A DNA stretch of 64,000 nucleotides, taken from assembly GCA_046048995.1 (NCBI GenBank), contig JBJOEZ010000001.1, positions 25,048 through 89,047 on the forward strand, written 5' to 3'. Position 1 is the first letter of the stretch. The number at the start of each line of letters is the position of its first letter. Shown here in pieces: positions 29,401 through 37,054 of the stretch. The DNA comes from Verrucomicrobiota bacterium. GTDB taxonomy: Bacteria > Verrucomicrobiota > Verrucomicrobiia > Limisphaerales > JADJPG01. The notes under the pieces are model-generated. The model saw nothing but the letters and a program-made list of their open reading frames with translations. It was not told where the DNA came from and did not search any database. The position numbers were made by a program, and so were the translations under genes.

Positions 29401-32400
29401 GGCAGCTACTTCATCACCACCTATTTCCGGCACGCCTTCACGGTGACCAACCTGGCCGCGGTGGCCCGGCTGGGGTTGTCGGTCATGTACGACGACGGGG
29501 TGGCGGTCTACCTGAACGGCGTGGAAGTGCTGCGCTCGGCCAACCTGCCAGCCGGGGCGGCCTACAACACGCTGGCCACCGGGATCGGGGTGGAGGAGGC
29601 CCTGGCCAGCGCGACCCTCGCGGCCGGTCTGCTCGTGGAGGGCACCAATGTCATCGCGGCCGAGGTGCACCAGCAGGCGCTGGACAGCTCGGATGTGAGC
29701 TTCGCGCTGCAGCTGGCCGCGACCCCGGTGATTGAGCGCAACACCGCCCCGGTGGTCGCCGTGGTCAGCCCGGCGCCCGCGGCGTCTTTCGTGGGCCCGG
29801 CCAGCCTCAGCTTCGAGGCGGCCGCCTCCGACCCCGACGGCACGGTGGTGCGGGTGGAGTTTTTCGTGGACGGCCAGAAGATCGGCCAGGCCAATGCCGC
29901 GCCATGGACGCTGGTGTGGAACACGCCGACCCTGGGGGCGCACGTCCTGACCGTGCAGGCGACCGACAACGGCAGCGCGGCGACCCTGTCGGACCCGGTC
30001 CCGTTCGTGGTCTATGATGCGGCGGGCCGTCCGGCGGTGGCCCTGACCGCGCCGCTCCCGGGGTTGGTGGTGCAGGGGCCGACCAACCTCAGCGTGGCTG
30101 CCACCGCCCAAGCCATCGCCGGGGTGACCAACGTGCAATTTCTCGCTGACGGCGTGCCCTTCGCCAGCGACGACACCGCCCCCTACGGCGCCACCTGGTC
30201 CACCGAGTTTGGCACCCGTGTCCTCACGGCCGTGGCGCGGGATGGCACCGGCCTGGCCGGCACCTCCGCGCCCGTCAGCGTGGTGGTGACCATCCCGCCC
30301 ACCAACACCGTCGCCCCCTACCTCCTCACCAACACCCCGGCGCCCTTCACCGTCGTCACCAACCTCACCAACATCACGGTCGTCTTCAGCGAGCGCGTGC
30401 AGGGAGTCGAGGCCGCCGACCTGTTGATCAACGGCGCCCCCGCCGCCGCGGTTGCCGGGTCGGGGTCCAATTACGTCTTCCGCTTCCCCCAGCCCGCCTA
30501 CGGGCAAATTGATGTCAGCTGGGTGGCCGGCCATGGCATCACCGACTTCGGCTGGCCGGCCAACCTGCCCTTCGATGAGCTCGGCGCCAATGCGCGCTGG
30601 GATTACACCCTCGTCGATCGCACCGCGCCCACCGTCTACGCCCGCACCCCCGCCCCCAGCAGCACGGTCACCAACCTGACCCAGGTCGCCGTCACCTTCA
30701 GCGAGGAAGTCACCGGGGTCGATGCCGCCGACTTGCTCCTCAACGGCGTGCCCGCCTTCGACCTCACCGGGTCCGGGTCCAACTACGTGTTCCTGGTCTC
30801 CCAGCCGGCCTCCGGCACCATCAATGCCTCCTGGGCCGCCGACCACAACATCCTCGACCGGGCGCTGGAGCCCAACCCCTTCAACCGCGCGGCCGTCGGG
30901 TCGCCCTGGAGCTTCACCCTCGACGCCCGCACCGTCCTCGTGCAGTCCAACTCGGCCTGGCGGTTCGTCCGCGGCACCAACGAGGCCAGCGCCCCCGCGG
31001 ACGCCTGGCGGCAGCCCGGCTTCGACGACGGCGCCTGGGGGATCGGTCCCGCCCCGTTTGTCTTTGGCGAGCCCGCCTTCACCAACGCGGTCATCCCGGG
31101 CACCAGCCTGTCCGACATGGCCAGCAACGCCTACAGCTGCGTGTTCCTGCGGCAGCCGTTCTTCCTCCCCAACGCCAGCGCGGTCACCAACCTGTTCCTC
31201 AACCACCAAAGCGATGACGGGTTCATCGCGTGGATCAACGGGGTGGAGGTCTTCCGCTTCAACATGCCGACCGGCGAGGTGGCCTTCAACGCCGGGGCCC
31301 GGGCCCAGGCCACCGAGGCCGGGGGAACCGCCGGCGCCGCCTATCTCGTGGCCACCCTCACCAACGTCCGCCCGGCCCTGGTCAGCGGCACCAACCTGCT
31401 CGCCGTGCAGGCCTTCAATATCATCACCAATCCCCCCAGCAGCGACTTCGCGTTCAACGCCCAGCTCTACGCCTTTCTCAGCGACGCCGGCCTGGCCGCG
31501 CCGCGCCTCGCCCAGGCCCTCCCCCCCGCCGGCGACGTCGAGGCCCTGGCCAGCCTGACCGTGGTCTTCAGCGAGGGCGTGACCAACGTGGACGCCGCCG
31601 ACCTGCTCGTGAACGGCGTCCCCGCCGCCGGCGTGGCCAGCACGAATCCCACCACCCACACGTTCTCCCTCCTGCAGCCGCCCTACGGCCCCGTCCTCGT
31701 CACCTGGGCCACCAACAGCGGCATCGTTGACTTCGACATCCCGGCCAAGCCCTTCGTCGGCGCCTCGGCCAGCCTCGCCTACACCCTCCTCAACCCCAGC
31801 AACCCCCGCATCATCGCCCAGTTCCCGCCCGCCGGCGCCACCGTCACCGGCCTCACCGCCATCGTGGTCACCTTCAACGAGCCGGTCACCGGCGTGGATG
31901 CCGCCGACCTGCTGGTCAACGGCTCCCCCGCCACCCTCGTCGCCTCCACCAACCCCGCCACCTACACCTTCACCCTCCCCCCGCCGGCCTTCGGCACCGT
32001 GACCGTCCGCTGGGCCGCCTCGCCTGGCATTGTCGATCTCGAGGCCGGTCTCGCCTTTGACCCGACCCGGTTCGGGGGGCAGTGGAACTACACCTTCATC
32101 AACCCCGTCCCGGCCGTCGCGCTGACCAGCCCGACCAATGGCGCCTACGTGCTGGCCCCGGCCAACCTCCCGCTGCGGGCCACCGCAACCGACAATGACG
32201 GCACCCTCGCGCGCGTGGAGTTTCTCGCCAACGGGCTGCCCCTGGGCGAGTCCACCAACGCCCCCTACGCCCTCACCTGGTCCAACGTCACCGCCGGGGT
32301 CTACACCTTCCAGGCCGTGGCCACCGACAACAGCGGCCTGCGGGGGACGTCGGCGCCGGTCACCGTGAGCGTGGTGACGAACCTGCCCGCCTTCCTGGTG

Positions 32401-35085
32401 CGCGGTCCCTACCTGCAGAGCGGCTCCCCGACCGGCGCGGTGGTGCGCTGGCGCACGGACCGGGCCGCCGACGGGCGCGTCCTCTATGGCACCGACCCCG
32501 CCGCCCTCACCAACGTGGCGGTGGAGGCGGCCGTGACCAACGAGCACATCGTCCGCCTCGGCGGCCTGCAGCCGGACACGCGCTATTACTACTCGATTGG
32601 CGGCACCGACCAGCGCCTGGCCGGGACGAACGGCGCGGGGTCCGCGTTCTGGTTCGTCACCGCCCCGGTCCCCGGCACGCCCAAGCCCACCCGCATCTGG
32701 GTGCTGGGCGACCCCGGCACGGCCGGGAACGGCTCCGCGGATCGGCAGAACGCCACGCGCGATTCCTTCCTCGCCTACGCGGCGACCAACGGCGGCAACT
32801 CCGATCTCATGGTCATGCTGGGCGACAACGCCTACAACTCCGGCACCGACACCGAGCATCAGCGCGCCATCTTCGACCTCTATCCCACCTTCCTGCGCAA
32901 CCAGTTCCTCTGGCCGACCATCGGCAACCATGAGACCGCCCAGAGCACGACGGCCACGGATTTTCCCTACCTGCACATTTTCTCCCTCCCGGCCGCGGGC
33001 GAATCCGGCGGGGTGCCGTCCGGCACGGAGAAGTACTATTCGTTCGACCACGGGAACATCCACTTTGTCTGCCTGGACTCGATGACGAGCGGGCGGAGCG
33101 CGACCACCCCGATGGCGCAGTGGCTGCAGAACGACCTCGCCGCCACGGCCGCCGAGTGGATCATCGTGTTCTTCCATCACCCGCCCTATACCAAGGGCAG
33201 CCACGACTCGGACGCCGAGGCGGACCTGATCCAGCTGCGGCAGAACATCAACCCGATCCTGGAGGCCAACGGGGTCGACCTGGTGCTGAGCGGCCACAGC
33301 CATTGTTACGAGCGGTCGTTCCTGCTCCACGGCCACTACGGCAGCTCGGCGACCCTGACCCCGTCCATGAAGGTGAACGGGGGCGACGGGCGCATCGGGG
33401 GCAACGGGGCCTACCGCAAGAATGCCGAGGGCGAGGGCGTGGTCTACACCGTGGCCGGCAACGCCGGTCAGGCCACCTTCGGCTCCCTGTCGCACCCGGC
33501 CCACTTCATCGGCTACCTCGAGCTGGGCACGGTGGTGATCGACGTGGCCAGCAACCGGCTGGACATGGTGTTCCTCGGCACCAACAGCACGGTCCTCGAC
33601 CGCATGACCCTGACCAAGCCCCTGCCCGGCAGCCCGGCCGCCCCGCGCCAGCTGGCCGCGGCGTTCACGAATCAGAGTGCCATCCGCCTGGACTGGATTG
33701 ACGCGGCCACCAACGAGCAGGCCTACGTGGTGGAACGGTCGCTGGACGGCGCCGCCTTTGCCGGGCTGGCCACCCTGCCCCCGGGCAGCGTGTCGTGGCT
33801 CGACACCGGCGTCAGCCTGGGCACGACCTATTTCTACCGCGTGCGCGCGACCAACAGCATTGCGTTCTCGGACTACTCCAACACGGCCTCGGCCACCTCC
33901 ACCAACGCCCCGCCCGTGCCGGGGGCCGACCTGGCCTACCGGTTCGCCGGCCAGAACCTGACGGTCGCCGTGGCGGACCTGCTGGCCAACGACCGGGATC
34001 CCGACGGCGACGTCCTGGCGGTCACCGCGGTGACGCCGGTCACCGCGCAGGGCGGCACGGCCACGCTGGTGGGGGGTTCCGTGGTCTACGTCCCCGCCCC
34101 GGGCGTCACCCAGCCGGACACCTTTTCCTACACGGTCGCCGACGGCCGGGGCGCGTCCGCCCCGGGCGGGGTCACCGTGATCCTGTCCACCAACATCGCG
34201 CCCCAGCTGGCGGCCGTGCCCGACTGGGTGACCGCCGTCCTGCAGCCGGTCGTGTTCACCAACACGGCGGTCGATGCCGATGGGGTGAGCTTCACGCTGG
34301 CGCCGGGCGCCCCCGCCGGGGCGCGCGTGCATCCGACCCGCGGCCGCTTCAGCTGGTACCCGCAGCGGTCGGACGCCGACACCACCAACCGGATCACGGT
34401 GCGCGCCGTCGATGCCGGGGTGCCGCCGCTGGCGGCGGAGACCAGCTTCGTGATCGTCGTGCGCGACTACGTGGAGCTGACGGCCGGCCAGGCCGTCCTG
34501 CGGGCGGGCGAGACCAGCAGCGTGCCGCTGGCCGTGACGGCCAGCGCCGGGCTGAGCGCGCTGGCGGTCGATGTGCGCTTCACCGACGGGCGCCTGACCA
34601 ACCTCAGCGTCGAGCCGGTGGCCCCGGCGTTGACCGGGTCCGCCCTCGTGTCCACCGGGCCGGGGTCGGCCCGGCTCGAGTTCACCGCCAGTCCCGGCGC
34701 GCCCCTGCAGGGCAACCAGACCCTGGCCCGGCTGCATTTCCGGGCCCCGGCCGCCGGCCTGCCCTCCGCCTTTGTCCCCGTCGATCTCCTCAACCCGTCC
34801 TACACCCGGGCCGGGGCCGGCCTTGAGCCCAGCGCGATCCTCAACCCGGGTCGCGCGGTGCTCATCGCGGCCGAGCCGCTGGTGGACCTTGCCCTGGGCA
34901 CCAACGGGGCCCCGGCCCTGACGCTGTTTGGGCGGGTGGGTGTGCAATACACGCTGGAGAGTTCCACCGACCTGCCGCCGGCCCCGTGGACGCCCTGGAC
35001 GCAGCTCACCCTGACCAACCTGGCCCAGCCGGCCCCGCTGCCGTCCGGGCCGGGATCGCGCCTGTTCATCCGGGCGCGGGAATAG
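26428..35085 (+). CDS. Giant secreted multidomain protein (2885 aa): Ig-like repeats, jelly-roll modules, purple-acid-phosphatase-like metallophosphoesterase, FN3, cadherin-like, cohesin-like, conserved C-terminal domain
   Basis: ATG 26428 with a signal peptide. About ten ~95-aa Ig-like repeats carry the (N/T)APY/APF motif. Two ~165-aa jelly-roll modules lie at approx 29248-29727 and 30946-31480. Four ~100-aa repeats with the core TV(V/T)FSE.V.GVDAADLL.NG span 30313-32106. The metallophosphatase motifs GDPG, GDNAY, GNHE (32923-32934), FFHHPPY and GHSHCYERS (33292-33318) are present. FN3 is at approx 33631-33900 and a cohesin-like region at approx 34468-34860. Confidence 0.9.
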   Translation: MSSPSASVPGIAGVFLFRPLRLAVGLAVGLAGLVAGQAWGAGVPPSGYVTDFAIQPPAADWATLSVAGGATDTYVMDTDVNAAVTAAGVTTALAPATGAPPAAGATAVWHSTDFYVQTRPTGNRYTVLLARFVNQTGTNATALGISYGVNSPGGGVVEEADRGTRAYYSLTGQAGSWVNLEALNNVTSAAGSISYATNLALNWPTGATFYVMWADDNATGNPTDSGNQFDNFSLRVTAGVPPVTDLTLLLTAPTNGSLFVTGAPVPAAASVLNGTSPFTVQYFLSRNGGPFALASSGATAPFSVDLAAAGLGAGSYRLYGVVTDSAGEPLSTNSFTNAFVVADPIAATLTAPLDGASVDYLTPVTVVAAVAGGVPPYAVQFQLDGAAVGAPLVAPPYELNLGTLPVGDRFLRATVTDASGWSSNTPVRGVTVTGPLAVTLTPTNGATFNYGEPMELTAVGGGGTRPYQVTFQFNGQALGPFTAPPFSTNLGLLPPGAYTASALITDSATPAPHQAVSGTHTVTILPNPLLVALAGPTNGQVAYTGQGLALAAAVGVNAPVTVARVEFFLNGAPVGVDSNAPYAVTVTGPAPGIYPVHAVATDSLGRTTATGTNLVTLAIDPLANNQFTNRFNVSGTPLTIIANNTGATTETGEPTTGAGNGRGATLWWSWTAPSTGTARVDTFGSAIDTVVAVYTGGAVNALTQVAINNNAATGVPASLVTFAAQEGAAYQIQVGGATGFGTPAATGPIQLNLQMPPTVAITNPVAGAVFAAGSPIPVAVTAASPVGSVTRVDLYRAGTLVGSSASAPYSFIVSNAPAGSNLLAAVVTDQLGQVATSAVVSVLVANPGITIVSPLDGTVFATPAPITVSVFPYLASGSVTSVTFLVDGQPFATDTTAPFSGVWTNVTSGSHRLTASARDTSGILWVAPPSYLAVARTLVATNATWKYLADGSDQGSTWGAAGFNDAAWPAGPAELGYGDGDEATTVPSGPAGSYFITTYFRHAFTVTNLAAVARLGLSVMYDDGVAVYLNGVEVLRSANLPAGAAYNTLATGIGVEEALASATLAAGLLVEGTNVIAAEVHQQALDSSDVSFALQLAATPVIERNTAPVVAVVSPAPAASFVGPASLSFEAAASDPDGTVVRVEFFVDGQKIGQANAAPWTLVWNTPTLGAHVLTVQATDNGSAATLSDPVPFVVYDAAGRPAVALTAPLPGLVVQGPTNLSVAATAQAIAGVTNVQFLADGVPFASDDTAPYGATWSTEFGTRVLTAVARDGTGLAGTSAPVSVVVTIPPTNTVAPYLLTNTPAPFTVVTNLTNITVVFSERVQGVEAADLLINGAPAAAVAGSGSNYVFRFPQPAYGQIDVSWVAGHGITDFGWPANLPFDELGANARWDYTLVDRTAPTVYARTPAPSSTVTNLTQVAVTFSEEVTGVDAADLLLNGVPAFDLTGSGSNYVFLVSQPASGTINASWAADHNILDRALEPNPFNRAAVGSPWSFTLDARTVLVQSNSAWRFVRGTNEASAPADAWRQPGFDDGAWGIGPAPFVFGEPAFTNAVIPGTSLSDMASNAYSCVFLRQPFFLPNASAVTNLFLNHQSDDGFIAWINGVEVFRFNMPTGEVAFNAGARAQATEAGGTAGAAYLVATLTNVRPALVSGTNLLAVQAFNIITNPPSSDFAFNAQLYAFLSDAGLAAPRLAQALPPAGDVEALASLTVVFSEGVTNVDAADLLVNGVPAAGVASTNPTTHTFSLLQPPYGPVLVTWATNSGIVDFDIPAKPFVGASASLAYTLLNPSNPRIIAQFPPAGATVTGLTAIVVTFNEPVTGVDAADLLVNGSPATLVASTNPATYTFTLPPPAFGTVTVRWAASPGIVDLEAGLAFDPTRFGGQWNYTFINPVPAVALTSPTNGAYVLAPANLPLRATATDNDGTLARVEFLANGLPLGESTNAPYALTWSNVTAGVYTFQAVATDNSGLRGTSAPVTVSVVTNLPAFLVRGPYLQSGSPTGAVVRWRTDRAADGRVLYGTDPAALTNVAVEAAVTNEHIVRLGGLQPDTRYYYSIGGTDQRLAGTNGAGSAFWFVTAPVPGTPKPTRIWVLGDPGTAGNGSADRQNATRDSFLAYAATNGGNSDLMVMLGDNAYNSGTDTEHQRAIFDLYPTFLRNQFLWPTIGNHETAQSTTATDFPYLHIFSLPAAGESGGVPSGTEKYYSFDHGNIHFVCLDSMTSGRSATTPMAQWLQNDLAATAAEWIIVFFHHPPYTKGSHDSDAEADLIQLRQNINPILEANGVDLVLSGHSHCYERSFLLHGHYGSSATLTPSMKVNGGDGRIGGNGAYRKNAEGEGVVYTVAGNAGQATFGSLSHPAHFIGYLELGTVVIDVASNRLDMVFLGTNSTVLDRMTLTKPLPGSPAAPRQLAAAFTNQSAIRLDWIDAATNEQAYVVERSLDGAAFAGLATLPPGSVSWLDTGVSLGTTYFYRVRATNSIAFSDYSNTASATSTNAPPVPGADLAYRFAGQNLTVAVADLLANDRDPDGDVLAVTAVTPVTAQGGTATLVGGSVVYVPAPGVTQPDTFSYTVADGRGASAPGGVTVILSTNIAPQLAAVPDWVTAVLQPVVFTNTAVDADGVSFTLAPGAPAGARVHPTRGRFSWYPQRSDADTTNRITVRAVDAGVPPLAAETSFVIVVRDYVELTAGQAVLRAGETSSVPLAVTASAGLSALAVDVRFTDGRLTNLSVEPVAPALTGSALVSTGPGSARLEFTASPGAPLQGNQTLARLHFRAPAAGLPSAFVPVDLLNPSYTRAGAGLEPSAILNPGRAVLIAAEPLVDLALGTNGAPALTLFGRVGVQYTLESSTDLPPAPWTPWTQLTLTNLAQPAPLPSGPGSRLFIRARE

Positions 35086-35143
35086 GCGGCGGCCACATCC
35101 GGTTTGTAATCCCAGTCCTGCGCCGCATACTCGCCCGCATCCT

Positions 35144-36868
35144 ATGCGTCGAACGCTCCTGCTGCTGCCCGCCCTCCTGATCGTCGTCCTCGCCCGCCCC
35201 GTCCGTGCCGCGGACGACTACGTCCCGGGCCCCGATTCCAAGCGCCAGCCGGGCGTGCCCGAGGGCCGGATCACGAAGTTCACCTTCGACCGCAGCAAGA
35301 TTTTCCCCGGCACCACGCGCGAGGTCTCGGTCTATGTGCCGCAGCAATACGACGGGTCGAAGCCGGCCTGCGTGTTGGTCTGCCAGGACGGCGTGCAGTA
35401 CCAGGCGCCGGTCGTGTTCGACAACCTGATTCATCGCAAGGAGATGCCCGTGACGGTCGGGGTGTTCATCACCCCGGGCGTGCTGAAGGCGCTCTCGACC
35501 AACCAGCAGGACCGGTTCAATCGCAGCTACGAGTATGACGGGCTGGGCGACCAGTACGCGCGGTTTGTCCTCGACGAGGTGCTGCCCGAGGTGGCCGGCC
35601 GCCTGCAGCTCAACCTCTCCACCAACGGCAACGACCGGGCCATCGCCGGGGCCAGCAGCGGCGCCATCTGCGCGTTCACCGCGGCCTGGGAGCGGCCCGA
35701 CGCCTTCCAGCGCGTGTTCAGCAGCATCGGCACCTACGTCGGCCTGCGCGGGGGCAACGACTATCCCACCCTCATCCGCAAGACCGAGCCGAAGCCCATC
35801 CGCATCTTCCTCCAGGACGGCTCCGGCGACCTCAACATCTATGGCGGCGACTGGTGGATGGCCAACCAGGAGATGCAGCGCGCCCTGGTGTTTGCCGGCT
35901 ATGAGGTCCGGCACGCGTGGGGCGACGGCGGCCACAACGGCAAGCACGCCACCGCCGTCTTCCCCGATGCCATGCGCTGGCTGTGGCAGGACTGGCCCAA
36001 GCCGGTCGCCGCCGGGCGCGGGTCGCCCTTCCTCAGGGAGTTGCTCATCCCCGGCGAGGGCTGGCAGGTGGTGAGCGAGGGCCACACGTTCACCGAGGGC
36101 CCGGCGGCCAACCGGCAGGGCGAGGTCTTCTTCACCGACGTCCCCGGCAACCGCATCCACCGCGTCGGGCTCGATGGCAAGGTCAGCGTGTTTGCCGACG
36201 ACACCGGCGGGGCCAATGGGCTGATGTTCGGCCCCGACGACCGCCTCTACGCCTGTGCCGGCGCGAGGAAGCAGGTGGTGGCCTATGACGCCGCCGGCCG
36301 GGCCAGCGTCCTCGCGGAGGGCATCGCCGGCAATGACCTCTGCGTGCGCCAGAACGGGGATCTCTATGTCACGGAGCCGGATGCCCGGCAGATTTGGCTG
36401 GTCACCCCGGGGGGCGCGAAACGGGTGGTGGACAAGGCGGGCGGCCTCGAGTTCCCCAACGGCGTGCTGCTCTCGGCCGACCAGGGCCTGCTCTTCGTTG
36501 CCGACAGCCGGGGCCAGTTCGTCTGGTCCTACCAGGTGCAGCCGGACGGTTCCCTCCGGCACAAGCAGCGGTATTTTCACCTGCACCTGCCCGATGCCGC
36601 CCACAGCGGGGCCGACGGCATGACCACCAGCACCAAGGGCCACCTCTACATCACCACCGCCGCCGGGCTGCAGATTTCCGACCAACCCGGCCGGGTCAAT
36701 GCCATCCTGCCCCGGCCCCAGAACCGCTGGCTTTCCAACGTCTGCTTCGGCGGGCCCAACCTCGACACCCTATACATCACCTGCGGCGACAAGCTCTACC
36801 GCCGCAAGGTCAACGCCCAGGGCGTGACCGCAGCCAACCCGGTCAAGCCGCCCAAGCCGGGGTTGTAA
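35144..36868 (+). CDS. Secreted fusion protein: putative esterase (enterochelin-esterase-like alpha/beta hydrolase) + SMP-30/gluconolactonase/LRE-like beta-propeller
   Basis: Signal peptide MRRTLLLLPALLIVVLARPVRAADD. Esterase-like REVSVYVPQQYDG and the GASSG nucleophile elbow. The C-terminal half has FTEGPAANRQGEVFFTDVPGNRIHRV ... PNGVLLSADQGLLFVADS. Confidence 0.8.
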   Translation: MRRTLLLLPALLIVVLARPVRAADDYVPGPDSKRQPGVPEGRITKFTFDRSKIFPGTTREVSVYVPQQYDGSKPACVLVCQDGVQYQAPVVFDNLIHRKEMPVTVGVFITPGVLKALSTNQQDRFNRSYEYDGLGDQYARFVLDEVLPEVAGRLQLNLSTNGNDRAIAGASSGAICAFTAAWERPDAFQRVFSSIGTYVGLRGGNDYPTLIRKTEPKPIRIFLQDGSGDLNIYGGDWWMANQEMQRALVFAGYEVRHAWGDGGHNGKHATAVFPDAMRWLWQDWPKPVAAGRGSPFLRELLIPGEGWQVVSEGHTFTEGPAANRQGEVFFTDVPGNRIHRVGLDGKVSVFADDTGGANGLMFGPDDRLYACAGARKQVVAYDAAGRASVLAEGIAGNDLCVRQNGDLYVTEPDARQIWLVTPGGAKRVVDKAGGLEFPNGVLLSADQGLLFVADSRGQFVWSYQVQPDGSLRHKQRYFHLHLPDAAHSGADGMTTSTKGHLYITTAAGLQISDQPGRVNAILPRPQNRWLSNVCFGGPNLDTLYITCGDKLYRRKVNAQGVTAANPVKPPKPGL

Positions 36869-37054
36869 TCCCGCCCGGGCGCCTGACCGGCCAGGCGTGG
36901 TCGATCCACCCCGGGAATCCCCGGGCGCGCCCTGGGTAGGTGGCGCCTCGGTTCGGAAGCTCAAAGCCCTTGCTTCGTCGGCGGGGATGTACATCTTTTG
37001 CCCAACCCAGCCATCCTTGGCCCAGCCTCGCCACAAACCTCAACTTCATTCCGC

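Noticed and set aside
26125-34947. 2940-aa minus-strand ORF antisense to the giant surface-protein gene
   Set aside because: Same reasoning. The plus-strand frame has a signal peptide, clean domain repeats and catalytic motifs. The antisense frame is R/G/H-rich low complexity.
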